From assembly GCF_009914755.1 (NCBI RefSeq), contig NC_060928.1: a DNA stretch of 64,000 nucleotides; one strand, 5' to 3'. The notes under the pieces were generated by a model, which did not search any database, was not told the origin of the DNA, and was given only the letters and a program-made list of their open reading frames with translations. Shown here one piece after another: positions 48,171 through 63,029 of this stretch (positions are counted from its first letter, which is position 1; each line of letters opens with the position of its first letter). The translations under genes were made by a program, and so were the position numbers. Origin of the DNA: the human T2T-CHM13v2.0 reference genome, Homo sapiens.

Positions 48171-51100
48171 AGCTGGTTTGCCTTTTTTGGGGGTGGTGGA
48201 AGAGAGGTATTTTAATAATCTTCTCATACTGAAAATATTCATCTATAAAATCATAACTATAGAAAAGAATATTAATATCATATATTCAGAAAAAATAAAC
48301 TCAAAATGGAGAAGAAACTTGGGATTAGAGAAAAGAAAGTACAGAAGAACAAAAAATAAAGAAACGTTTTACTGAAGATTCAGGAAAAAAATTCAAACAT
48401 AAAACTGACATAAAATAATCATAAGAACTATCTCATTCTTATTATAAATTATTATAATTTTAAAATTAATAATTCAGAGGTACAGAAAGAAATACAAGTC
48501 AAAAATGACCAAACCTTATATCATTACCTTCATGTAAAGAAAATATTTCCCAAAACAGCAACAATCTACATATTTTGTTGAAAAATTTTTTAAAGAATAA
48601 TCAGCCTAAAATAGTATTTTAAATTAACTTTTGCTGCTAATTAATTACTCAGACAGGATGCCAGTCCAGACTACATGGTGCTTCTAGTTTTTCTATATAC
48701 TGTATGCATTTCTGATAAATGGGAAAAGAATAGATGACCTGGCAGAAGGCTCAGACAATAATATGTGATTTACAGGACAAGAATGCAGCTACCACAAGAT
48801 TTATCTGACAGCCCTCTCCGATAGTGGACTGTTGAGTATCCGAAGGAATGATTTCTAGTCTACAAAGTCTACTACTGAGTAGCCATACACATTATTTATT
48901 TATTAGATGTTTTGGGTTGAAACCATTTTTAAATGATGCACTTCACAATGCACAGTCATAAATTTAGCTTTAAACCCAAGAAGGGAGGTAGTGTTATTGG
49001 AATGTATGTCAGACTGAATTAGGACTAGCAACACAACGCTTTTATAAAGTGGCCTTGAATGCAATGTCAAGTCTTTCAAAAATGATATTAATGTCAAATG
49101 AACAAGATACAAACACTTTATATAATGCTGGAGTAATATTACTTGAAACATTTGCTTAACATTTTCTTTAAATTCATATATATTTAAAACAGGTTTATAC
49201 ACATATACAACAAATTTGGCACACAAATAAGTTGCATGTTTGTGAAAAACCACCTGAAACACAGTTGAGAACTTGTTCAATTTTTGTGTATTTGCAACAG
49301 AGAACATACAGTTTCCTGAAGAATGTAAGCAGTCTTATTTTAAGAAATAAAGAGGATTTAAATTGATCTTTGGAACTTCAGTCATTCTTGAATTATTCTA
49401 CATGGGATTCAACAGATGAATAAATCTATTTTTACAAACCTCATATTTTAATTATACTCAAAAATATAATGCTGAGTATTATGAGAGGTTTCCAACTCTA
49501 ATTAATAACATTTTGCCTAAACAATATTAACATTTAAATAGACTAAAATATGAAATGGTGCCTAATCAACTATTATATATAGCCTAATCAACTATTGGTA
49601 AATGAGTGGACATTGAAAATGACAATCTTAGTCAAAACAAATATATAGTGATCTGTTTGGTTTTATTGTCAGCTAACCAAATGTGATCATTTCCTCATTT
49701 CTTAAATTTAGGCTCTAAATTCTCTTTTACAAATAAAATGCAGTTAAACACCTTATTAAAAATAACACAAAAAGAATATAAGTTTTGAATGGATTCAAGA
49801 AAAATAATCAGAGCATGGCTGATTGTCATGAAATTAACACCAACTAATTTGTAAAGTTCTAAATCAAATTTGCAGATGTTAAGTTCATAAGCATATCCCA
49901 TTATTTACGTGATTAAAAAGTAGTTTTTGACCTGATCTTTCGATCTTTGGCACTCCGTCCTCTCCATCTCCTCTTAAAAAATTAATTAAAATTTTAGCAA
50001 GATGGTAGCTTTTGCTTCCCACCCTATCTCAGACCAAAAAAAATTATCAATCAAACTCAAGCCATCCCCACCCAGGATCTGTAAAATGTCGACTTGAAAT
50101 TCAATTTCATATCTCTTAAGCTTTCATGTAGAAAAAGACAGTTCACTTCTTAACAAAATAAATCACTTTTGTGATTGCCAAGTTGACCTCTTTGAATTAG
50201 GAAAATTCAAAGTGAAAAATGTAATTATCACCCCAGAACAATCTGTATACATCTGGAGCTAATTCTAGCTTCATTTTTCACATCATTTTTCACACTGTGC
50301 TACATCTTGTAGAGATGCCATGGAACTTTTGAAGAACTCACAAAAAATGTTAAGGACTTCAAATACCCAATAATGTATTTTATTCAAACAAAAACCTTGA
50401 CAATTTCTGACTTGAAACTTACTGTACTATATGATCTTCATATCCCATTTGATTGCATTAGTATTAAACAGTACTGTGACATACATGATAAATAGGCATA
50501 TTAAAACATGTCATTCTTTATCTTTGCAGCTCCTAACATTAAAATATGCAATATACTATATTGGAAATAGCTTCCATGTACCAAAAATACATTCGATTCT
50601 TCTAAACTAGAAAGTAAAACTTCATTGTGAAAATTCACCTATGAAATAATTATATCACTATGAACAATAAATTTATATTCTTGTAAGGAAACATCCAAAA
50701 CCATAAGAATGCTCTTTTAAAGTGAGGGCAATTTCATGTAGACATAAGAATGCTATATGGCAATTTCTATCCAAGAAAGAAACAATTATTTCTAATCAAA
50801 TGGCTTAATGAGAAATTTTATCTAGTCAGCTTTTGAAGAAATGGAGTTTTCTAAATGAGATGATTAAATTATAGAACATGATTCTCAGTAAATCTAAGAA
50901 TCACAAGCCTACTAAGTAACTACTTCTCACAAGTTCATTACAAAAATCCATTAGGTGTAATCTCTAGAAGTAATTGTTCTTATTGCACCTTATTGACAAT
51001 GCATAGTATTGATTTTTCACACCTTCTATGATTCTTTAATTTATATTCATGAAATGTCCATCAGCACAGTCTAAATAAATTTGGCATATAGGCACTAAAA

Positions 51101-51974
51101 CAAATAAATCGATGCAAAGAAACATTAATTTTGCATTATCCTTATTCGTTAGGCAAGTAAACCATGAGAGTTGTAAATGAAGGTCAAAGGTTTTGAAATG
51201 GGTCAAAACCCTTGACCTCTAGACCAATACCTTTCCTATTAAAAAAGGCTATTTTAAAGTTTTAAGTGGGGGAATTTACTACCACCAAGATATCACTTTA
51301 AAAGACTACAAAGAAAACTCTCAATAAAAACATTCATCTGTTTAATTGCAAAACAGAAAAGAAAACCTCACAGGATACATGATTTTTATATAAGTTTTTT
51401 TTAAAAAAATCATTAAAGTTTACCACATGAGGTACAAGGTTTTGGAACACCTAAAATAATTTTGCTCTTAGGAATTTATTTTCTACATCTTATTATGATA
51501 GCTGCCACATTTTTGTTAATGTTTTCCCAAATCTACTGTGCATGTCAAAAATAATTACCAATGACAAGGATTCAAAATCATTTATCGCTCATTTTATAAC
51601 CTCTGCACAAAATGGAAGTAAACCCATAATTCCCAGTGGAGTCAGCGTGGCACTCCACAAGATATAGAAATAAATCTGTTTTTATAACCTTAATATATAC
51701 AGCAAAGAAATTATCAAGATCATTTGATCTGGACATTTTTAAAGTGACTCTAAAAACTTTTGTTTCTCACTTCCTCTCATGCTTGCTTCAAAATTATCTG
51801 CAAGTATCAAAAATAAGAAGTAATCCTTTTGCAATACAAACAAAATTATTTTAAAACAGCAAACTCACAATTTTATTATACCAAAAATTTCAGTAATGCA
51901 AATATAAAATCCCCCATGAAAACAAATTCATGTGATAATCTACTTTTAATTCAACATTTATTCTTGCCACTCAC

Positions 51975-52036
51975 CTGAGAACACAGTAGCATAACCAATT
52001 CCACAACTGAACTACTCGACTTCATGCAAACCAGAC
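51975..52036 (-). CDS. LRBA: LRBA internal coding exon, 62 nt, phase 1 to 0: (S)LVCMKSSSSVVELVMLLCSQ
   Basis: Minus strand reads ctctttaaaatag|GTCTGGTTTGC...TCTCAG|gtgagt. It is in frame with both neighbouring exons. Confidence 0.96.
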
Positions 52037-53536
52037 CTATTTTAAAGAGAATTTTAAAAAAGAAGTTATAAAGAAAACAAATGAGGATTTGTTACAATTT
52101 CATCCAAACTGTTTCTTCAAATTATTTTTTCAGACTATTAATAGTGCACATTTAATCACATGATCAAATAAGGTACACTATAGTTAGTTCAAAGCTGGCT
52201 TCAAAACTACCACCATTTTTGTAAAGTATTTCATTTCAGCTTTCAAAATACTAAAACATTTATTACAACTTCATATATAATGACAATTCACAATACTCAT
52301 AGAAATGTGCACAACATATGCCATATTGATCAATATCATCTACATTTTGTTTTGGAGAGAGTTGATCGTTATACATGCAGAGAAGGGAAATGGCTCCCTG
52401 ACCTTTGCTTTCTCCACTACACTCTCTCCCTTCAACCCTCTAGCTATCAATCAAGTTTCCATTTTGTTTCATGGCAGCAGACATCCCAAACACTCTTATT
52501 AGTACCTTGACCTCTGACCTCACACTAAACCTTAACAGAAATGCAAGCCGTTGTCTGTTATATATTCTTGATTTCTTATAAATTAATTCATTTACTTTTA
52601 TGTTTCATTTTGGTTCACCAAAAATATCTTTAGAATGGATATTTTATATAATTAATACCTATTTAAAGAAGTCTTTGGTTTTAATTACCAATAAAATATA
52701 AAGTAGTTCATTAGTATCTTAACAAAGCAATGCCAATAATTAAAGGGACTAAATTATTAAATTGCATTACTAGTAATCAAAAAAATTACAATTTTTTTAT
52801 TCGACATTTTTCTAAGCAAACACAGGCTTAGGTTCCAGGGTATAACATCTAAAATAATTCCTGATGGCTCTTAAACATCCTATTGCCTTCTTTTTTCTCC
52901 CGAAGAAAACTCTTCCAGGTACCCTATCCATTCCCTTTATCTTTTTATTCTTTAGTTCTTTCTCCTTCCCCGTTTAAATACGAATGCTTCCAACCTAATG
53001 ATAGCGCATGTTGGCATTTTTTAGCTTTATAAATAGCATTCAAGTTAAAAGGGCTGTTCACCCCCTTCGTTTTTTAAAAAATGTTAGAACCATTTTTCTC
53101 AATGTCTGAAAAAATATGTAACATAGAAATGATGGTAACAGTGTCAGCACTGGCAAGAAAATTAGCTATAGAATGTCTCTATATTGTATTAGGAAGCAAA
53201 TTATTAACTACAGTGTGATTTCTGTAGGGCGAAGATGAACATGGCTCTTCAGGCTAATGCTGTCAAGGCCAAAAGAAAAGGCAAGCAATACTCCCTCTCT
53301 TACTGCAGGTGTAGCCCTCTGCTGGTCTGAAACCTTGCCATTTTTCCTTAAATTTAACCCAGATAATAAAAGAAGTTCAGTTTTGCTCCAACTTCAAAAC
53401 CCATTATTTCCAGAAAGTAAATTCAGATCTTTCTATTATTAGGTCATTAATCCTTATTGCTTTATTCGAGAGAAACTAGAATTCCTGCCATTGGGCCCTG
53501 ATGGGCCCTTTTATTATACATCTCTTCAGATAATGA

Positions 53537-54023
<487 letters not shown>

Positions 54024-55039
54024 TAACAAACCAGAAGAAGGTTCATAGCTACTTTCTAGTTGGATATGAATATTCAGGAAAAAATATATTCACTGACAAA
54101 GCTAGTAAAAGGTCAAATAACATTTCATAGTTCGGTTTGAACAATTAAGGTGGAGGAGAGTGATGGTAGATGTATTGCAGGGGCAGGGTGGAAAGTATGT
54201 TCAATTCGAATGAGTAAGGGCTTCAGAAAACAAGAGAGACCTGATAACAGACCTTAAGTTCCCTGTCTAAAGGACACTGGTACTGTAAACACAAAAATAA
54301 CATTGGGAGCAAAGAAATAGAGGATAGCCCCAATAAGGAACTTAACATCAAAATGTAGAACTTACGTCACTTCTATTTTTGACCTAAATTTTTGCCAATG
54401 GATGACACTCATCACATGTGCAAAAAAACAAATAATAAACCTGTAAATCTCTCTTCAGATTTAGTCATACTCTAAGAACATCCAAAGGAAGGCCCTAAAA
54501 CCTTAAAGTCAAGTTGTAAGTTACTGCCAGAACTATCATTTTCATTTTATACACCCACAAACACACACACCCTATTACTGTCTCAATCAAAAGAAACGAA
54601 GTACTGCAAGCTTACAGATTTGAACCAGCTCACAATCTGACCTCTCTAAAACTCTCAGTAGAATAGTAGAATAATAGGGTTTGGTTTGATTATTTTTTGG
54701 TTGGCTTTTCAAAGGTAGAAAATGTTAGTCTTTTCAAAAGGACAAACTCAGGATACCAAGCCAAGAGTTTTATATCTGCACTAATCTGGAATTTTATGAT
54801 CAAAGACCACTGTAATTTCTTCAGTGGAGACTCACCCAGATATATCACTTCAGTGAAAGGATTAAATGACTCACCAGACAGTAAGCCAGTGCCACCTAAA
54901 CCCATCGATCTATCTAAATCCTCAAGTATACAATGAAAAAATAGTCATGACTATTTACTATCTGGAATATAAGAGCCCTCTTGTTTTTTGTATTTAAGTC
55001 ACCTTAAATAATTTATTTTTTAAAATAGGATGGCAATAA

Positions 55040-55690
55040 ACATTATGAGAAACTTTAATAAGAATTTAAGGATAATAAACTCAAGAAGTTTTACTCCATA
55101 TTTTCCTGGTTTTGAAGGTATATACATATACTCCAAATGAGCATTATCTTTTAGATAAAACTAAATGCTCATGATGAATCTGAAACACAACCATCTTGAA
55201 AACACTAAGTCGAAATTTCAAATACATGTTTAATAGGCTCTAGCTTATCATAAATTCTGGTTTTCCTTCCTGAATTTATATCATCCAATCCAACATTTTG
55301 GAAAAATTGGATGACTAAAAATTTTGTTAAAGAGGACAGACATCTTCTTTGCTTGAGACTTGCAAAATATTTTCTTGTACAGATTTGCAAACATTTAGAA
55401 TAATCAATCCACTGAATTTTTTATTTCCATATAAACTTTTCCTTCTAGTCATCATTGTATGCACACCTGCCTTTAGCATTTATCTACTTAGAAACTGTAT
55501 CAAGTAAACTGTGGTACATAATCATCCCACAAGACGGAAGAACACCGCCACACGTCTTTTTAGAAAAATGGGATGGCCCAGGTTCTTGTCTCAAGTTATC
55601 ACACAAACTAAGCACAATGAAGTCCTTCCTGCTAAATAACATGCTCATAGAGTGTACAGAGATACTGTGACCCTTTGGAGGGTCACAAAC
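55040..55690 (-). mobile_element. piggyBac-superfamily transposase fossil (Looper-like)
   Basis: Minus-strand remnants LRQEPGPSHF...LLDTV...KKFSGLII; FQNVGLDD...RIYDKLEPIKHVFEI; and PSKPGKYGVK (ccatattttcctggttttgaagg at 55096-55118). These are hallmark piggyBac motifs (RFDD...DKLAPIR; PSKPxKYGIK). Confidence 0.82.
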
Positions 55691-55782
55691 CATTGTAATA
55701 TCTAAGATATTTTTTGCCTACCCCAAAAAAAGTTTTTGCCCCATTGAGACTGCAAGTTTATACTTTCTTAAAACACAGTGCA

Positions 55783-56190
<408 letters not shown>

Positions 56191-56635
56191 TTATTTCTTT
56201 TCCTATTGCACCATCACTCCAAGTGCAATTCTAGCATTCGTGGGTTTTTTTTTTTTAATTTTAGTCCACAGCATAGTAAAGAATAGCTGATGTGTAATAG
56301 TGAAATAGCAAAATGTTTCAAGATACAGAAAAAATAAGATCACTAAGACTATAATTAATCATATTTATAAAAAGGATCCAGTGAACTCACATATAATAAT
56401 TGTAAGACATAATTTAAAATTTTCAAGCTTGTGTTCTCTTTGTTCTTTGGAAAATCTCTTTAGAAAAATTAATCCTTACAAAGGGTTATAACTACTTGAA
56501 AAAGAGGGTTAATTAACATCATTACAATTGAGACAATCAGGCTACAGGTGATTCCAGGCATGATGTAATATGAAATATTACATCTAATTTAACTTTTAGC
56601 TTTAACTTCAAGTCTTCAAAATATACAGGGCATAT

Positions 56636-57040
<405 letters not shown>

Positions 57041-58713
57041 TCTTAAAGATAAATATGGGCTGGGTATTAGACGACATTAAGAAACTATTACTATTATTAG
57101 GTGTAATAGCAGCATTGTGATTATGTAAGAAAATGTATTTTTTTACATGCTATTAAGTATTCAAGGGTTGAATGACATGACATCTAAGATAGTTTTAAAT
57201 ATCTAAGATAGTTTTAAATATTAAAGCAAAATAAAGGGAAGTAGAGATATCAAATAATTATGGAAAAATGAATATGGTTTGGATAGCTGGTAATAAGTTC
57301 ATAGATACTATACTTACTACTTTTGTGAAAATTTGAAATTTTCATTAAAATATTTTTAATACTAAAAAACTCATAAGCATTTTTTTAAAAATTAAGAAGC
57401 TTTGTAATGTTTGGTCACACAGCTAGTCACTGGCAAGGACAGAATGAAAACCAAAGTCTCCTGCCTTTTATATTAATGCTTTTTGTACAGTATTATGCTG
57501 CTTATACAGTACTATGGCACAATCACCTCTTTTTAAATCCTTTCTGTTTTACAGTACATGAAACCACAATCCAAAACATTCCTCACAACATAAAATACAT
57601 AAGTTACATAAGAACTCTTAGATTTGTTTGCTATTTTTATGAACATCATCAATGAATAGGCACTGCTCAAATTTATACATGAGCAATAGTACACCTTCTT
57701 CCTTCTTACAATTTTACCAAAATTTATTGGTAAAAAATCATTCTAAATTAAATTTTGTTCAGGGATATAGAAGTGTCCATTGCTAATGCTTCTGGGTATT
57801 TAACATGATCCTATCTTGTTATCTGCTATAAAATTCAAAGACCAATAAGCAACAATGTCTTGCAATACTGAGAGGCTGTATTTAATACATACATCTTACT
57901 CACTGTAATAAAATTAAACATAGTTCATAAGTTGTTACACCATTTAAAAAAAAAGTTTCATATATGAAACATAAATTAGGGAAAAGCCCTGAAATATAGA
58001 CTCTTCAATTTTTAAAATTCAATTTTTTTCCAATTATATTACTTCATAAGTAAAAGTCATTCATTACTTCATCAAATAGTTCATAGCTAAATAAATTATA
58101 TCCTTCAATAGATCTAAGGAAATTGCTATTCCAAACTTAAGTACTTCTAAAATCTGAACTTTCTTTTTCAAATAAACTCATTGTTACTTTTTGACTGCAT
58201 GAAAATAATATCGCTCATCACCAACTCCATTTACATCTATAGAAGAGATGAAATTCCTAACTAAAGCTTCATATGTACCTACTGATATTGTAAGGGTCAA
58301 ACGAAGTGCTCATATTGCACAGTTAATACTCAAATATAGATATCTTAAACTATTAGCCTACCTATAACCTTGCATTTCCATTATATCCTTATTGCTACAA
58401 GAGAGATGCTTTTTCACAGGTTTTTAAAAAATTCCTCAGACCATCTCCTAGCTACTGTTAGTCAACAAAAGATTACAATAACTAAAGCTGCCAGTTGATA
58501 CTTAAAGACACTGGAATACAGATGGGAGTGTCATTCCCATGATTTTTCAGTTTGAGGAGAATACAAGTATATTATCCTAAACCATCAATCACGGGCCCAA
58601 AAAAAGCCAGATTTAGCAACCACCTAATCCAAGCACTTTTGAATGCAAAAATTAATTCTATATCATCATTTATAAAAAGCCCTGTAGCTTCACCTTAAAA
58701 AATCCTAGTTATG

Positions 58714-58857
58714 AGGTCAGGTGCAGTGGCTCACACCTGTAATCCCAGCAACTCAGAAGGCCAAGGTAGGGTTCAATCTTGCCAGTACACTGCACTCCAG
58801 CCTACACAACAAAGCAAGACTCTGTCTCTTCAAAAACAAAATAAAATAAAAAATAAA
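58714..58857 (+). mobile_element. Internally deleted Alu (left-arm start fused to right-arm end through ~18 bp filler)
   Basis: TSD aaatcctagttatga / aaatcctaggtacga. Confidence 0.75.
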
Positions 58858-59050
58858 TCCTAGGTACGAAGATGAAGATTGGTATTTTGAAGTCAGTCTG
58901 ATAAACTCTTCAACTCATTATTTAAGAAATTATCCTCTATTGAACTGCAATCTGTTTTCTGAGGAAATTTACGGTAAATCTACTTTCACTTGGTTAAGTC
59001 ACTCTCTCTAATATTCGAAGGCACTCACTACATGGCAATGCTCCATGCGC

Positions 59051-59590
59051 AAAAAGAAAAAAAAAAGGAAGGAAGGAAGGCAGAAGGAAGGAAGGAAGGA
59101 AGGAAAGGAAAGGAAAGGAAAAGGAGAAGGAAAGGAGAAGGAAACGAGAAGGAAAGGAAAGGAAAGGAGAAGGAAAGGAAAGGAAAGGAAAGGAAAGGAA
59201 AGGAAAGGAAAGGAAAGGAAAGGAGAAGGAGAAGGAAAGAAAAGGAAAGGAAAGGAAGGGAAGGGAAAAGGAAAGGAAAGGAAGGGAAAAGGAAAGGAAG
59301 GGAAAGGAAAGGAAAGGAAAGGAAGGAAAGGGAAAGGAAAGGAAAGGAAAGGAAAGGAAAGGAAAGGAAAGGAGAAGGAGGAGAAAGAGAAGGAAAGGAA
59401 AAGGAAAGGAAAGGAAGGGAGAAGGAAAGGAAAGGAAAGGAAAGGAAAGGAAAGGAAAGGAAAGGAAAGGAAAGGAAAGGAAAAGAAAGGAAAGGAAAGG
59501 AAAGGAGAAGGAGAAGGAAAGGAAAGGAAAGGAAGGGAGAAGGAAAGGAAAAGAAACGAAAGGAAAGGAAAGGAGAAGGAGAAGGAAAGG
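59051..59590. repeat. Complex (GGAAA)n/(GGAA)n polypurine tract, ~540 bp including the leading A-run
   Basis: Almost pure A/G read directly. It generates the spurious KER/FPFLS ORFs. Confidence 0.97.
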
Positions 59591-60149
59591 ACCCATTATT
59601 CCTCATCCACTCCATAAATAGCATGGTTTCCAATCCCCTCAGCAACCTACCTCAGCATGCTATCTAGTTTGACAATCTCAAAGTACACTACCTAGAAGAG
59701 ACCCAGGAATCTATGAATGACGTAAGCAGTATAGAGTAAAATGCTGTTATCTCTATTTGTAAAACAGAATTCTACTAATAACAATGCATTCCTTATCTGT
59801 GTGGCAATACATTGTTGTTCATATGGATCTAAGTTCAAGTAAAATCCTGTGACACTAGTCTCTCCAATTCTTTGCTCTCAAAATTAATTTTAATGTATCA
59901 AAAAAAAAAAAAAGTCTTAGTTCTTTGGTTCAACACATAATTCTACGCTCCATCCAAATCACTGATAAAAATCTTGAAGATTACAACATAATAGACATGT
60001 GACACAGTCTTCAAAAGATAGCCTATGAGAAACCTTGTCAAAGGCTGACAACACTTAAACAATGAAACTCCATGTTATTTCATTATCCATGTAAGTTTTT
60101 AATCCTGAAATATAAATACATACAAATAAAATAAAGAAAAACCACTTAC

Positions 60150-60283
60150 TTGTTCCTTCTATAAGCAGTTCTTGTCCATGGCTACCCAAAAGTGTCCGAG
60201 AAAGAAAAGGTGCAAAATCCACAAAAATCTCACGAAGGAGAGGAGCTGCCTTTTCCAAAGCGTGTTCAAGCCTCTCTGTAATA
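60150..60283 (-). CDS. LRBA: LRBA internal coding exon, 134 nt, phase 2 to 1: [44 protein letters not shown]
   Basis: Minus strand reads cttttccttag|TATTACAGAG...GGAACAA|gtaagt. Overlaps track ORF 60055-60258. The peptide is conserved in the LRBA/NBEA family, and EHALEKAAP...IEGTS is the LRBA version as I recall it. Confidence 0.97.
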
Positions 60284-61483
60284 CTAAGGAAAAGACATTA
60301 AGTTACTTGAACTATTCAACAGATTGTATCAATTTTCTAGTTTTGAAAATAAAGATGTATTTCCATATATATATATAATTATTTAAAAAAATTAAAAATC
60401 ACCTAAAGAGACATTACTGCTATGCATAGCAGTCCTTCTGCCAAAAATATTCGTTTTTATCCTGATCTATCTTGCCCCTACAATCTCCAACAAACAACCT
60501 GGTTAACAACCACTCCAAGCATCAGTACTTACTACAAGTCTCACCTGGCCAGTTAAGAGCAGTTTGTTTTTAGGCCCATTATAATCTAAACAAACTCTCA
60601 TCAAGTCTTCAACAAATTTTTCTATTTACCACTAAACCATTAGCACACTGAGTTCAAGAACCATGACTTCATTTTAAAATTCACAGTTATAGCATATAGT
60701 ATAGACTCAACAGACGTTGAGTGCTTATAAATTATAAAAAGCAGTTCTTTTTTATTGAAGTCAATTATTCCTTTCTAATGCAATGTGAATGATTTTTCTC
60801 CTGAAAATAATATACTTTATAGGCACATTATAACAAAACTATCATTTGGTTGATAGTTATATTTATTAATAAACTGAGATAGTTGTAAATGTACCTATAA
60901 ATATATAAAAATATATTAATATATATTTGTGATTATATATACATGTATTCATGTATACATACACAGATACATTTAATGAGGGTTTTTTTTTTAAGGTCCC
61001 CAGCATTTCAGATAATTCACAGATATCCACAGCTTTAGTTTCTAACTTACAAATTAAACATATACATAAAGAGCCACTAGTTATCTACTATTAACACTAG
61101 GAGTACTTCCTATTCATACTACCAAGAAGACAGTTGCTACTGAAACTATCAACACAAACATATATAAATTTTTGCTGTGAATAACCATCTCCTCACAGGC
61201 ACTGCTCTAAATACTATTTTCTTCCACACAACTCATAGAACTTGTTATCCCTGAAGAGTATCACAAATACTAGCTATACTCGAAGCACTCAAGTACCTAC
61301 ATTTGTAGTGTCTAATGGATTTCCCAATTGTGGTAAAGAAAATCAAGGACTCTCTGGACACTAAGTCTCCAGTGGTGGAAAATACACTCAAAGCATTCGA
61401 AATTAAACTCTGAAACCCAATTAAACAAGGTAAGTAACAATAAAAATCTATCTACAATTCAGTATTATTGTGGCTTTGGCTGA

Positions 61484-61828
<345 letters not shown>

Positions 61829-61964
61829 TATATCAGTATTTTATAGAGGAGAAACAACAAATTCCACACTTTCAATTTGCAATCATTTGAAAGAAAGTCA
61901 TAAGCTTATGTAAATATTTGTTATGCATGCAGCAATTATTTTTTTACCACAAATAGTCACTTCT

Positions 61965-62021
61965 CATGAAGTGACTTGTACATCATGAAATGACTTGTAC
62001 ATCATCAAATGACTTGTACAT
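61965..62021. repeat. 19-bp minisatellite, 3 copies
   Basis: catgaagtgacttgtacat / catgaaatgacttgtacat / catcaaatgacttgtacat. Confidence 0.92.
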
Positions 62022-62198
62022 CTTATAATCTTTCAAAAGAAAATGAACTTCTAAAATGTTCCCAAGCCTCTAAATGTCATATATGTTGAAAGAAAGAAAT
62101 GAAATGAAATGAAATGAAACGAAGTAAAATAAACCTAGATAGCTTAAAAAGTCATCAAAAGGTATAAATCACAATATTCAAGTTAGTAGCTTAAATAC

Positions 62199-62277
62199 CT
62201 CATATTTGAAACCGGATCTTGTGAAACTGAATCAACTGTTGGAACTGAGGGCAATTTTGCATTAGATGATCTACTGC
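62199..62277 (-). CDS. LRBA: LRBA internal coding exon, 79 nt, phase 1 to 2: (G)SRSSNAKLPSVPTVDSVSQDPVSNM(S)
   Basis: Minus strand reads ttttcttttatag|GCAGTAGATCA...AATATGAG|gtattt. The frame is open and joins the next exon in frame (AG+T=Ser). The peptide matches recalled LRBA sequence. Confidence 0.93.
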
Positions 62278-63029
62278 CTATAAAAGAAAAATAACCATCT
62301 ATAGGAATTTTCTGCTTTTAGATATGAAGATTTAAATAAAAAGAATGTCATTATACCAGTCAATAAAAGCATTATAACGTATTTTTATGTCCATTACTAT
62401 TTGGATAACATTAAAATCTAACAATTAACAACTAAATGCTTTCATATATAAACCTCAGCTACAAGCTCAATTATCATGCCAGAGCAATCTTTCTATCCAT
62501 GAGCTGAAGAAGCAAGAGAAAAGTAAATTCTGACTCCCTAAATAAGGTTCACAATTCCTTCTACTCAACACCAAGTGTCAACAGAAAGTTACAAGTAAAA
62601 GCATTTTCTTAACATAGCAAAAACACAGAAACAGCTACATTCCAAATTTAGCTTTAAACCTCCATTACCATGAAAACTATCCGTATTCAGTTATCAAATC
62701 ACTACTAAAGGACTAAATTGTAGCAATAAATGTAATCAGGGTTAGAAGCCTAGATCTCTGAGAATCTGTAATCTTGTATCACAACTATTATCAGTTATTT
62801 TCCCCTTATGCCCCAAATACAAAAACACTATGCTTTAAAGAGAATAAGGGCCCTCTTTCCCAAAGATTGTTGAATCTTTCAGTCCAAAAGTGATTAGAAA
62901 CACATCAAGGAAAGCATCTGCATCAGGCTGGAGGTTGTGTTGGCCCAGAGAAAGTTATTGGAGCCAGTGTGAGGAGGAAATTCAAGGAAAAGAGAAAACT
63001 GAGAATTGTAGAATTCATATCTATATGAA

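Noticed and set aside
48903-49307. 134-aa minus-strand ORF in unique DNA
   Set aside because: No recognisable protein similarity or splice context. The LRBA frame is already complete without it.
54826-54900. Two strong sense donors (G|GTGAGT) suggesting a cryptic exon; 79-aa plus ORF 54697-54936
   Set aside because: No convincing polypyrimidine acceptor upstream, and the ORF has no recognisable homology.
58990-59667. Four 190-225 aa ORFs (KERKG- and FPFLS-rich)
   Set aside because: They are translations of the (GGAAA)n tract, which lacks stop codons by composition.
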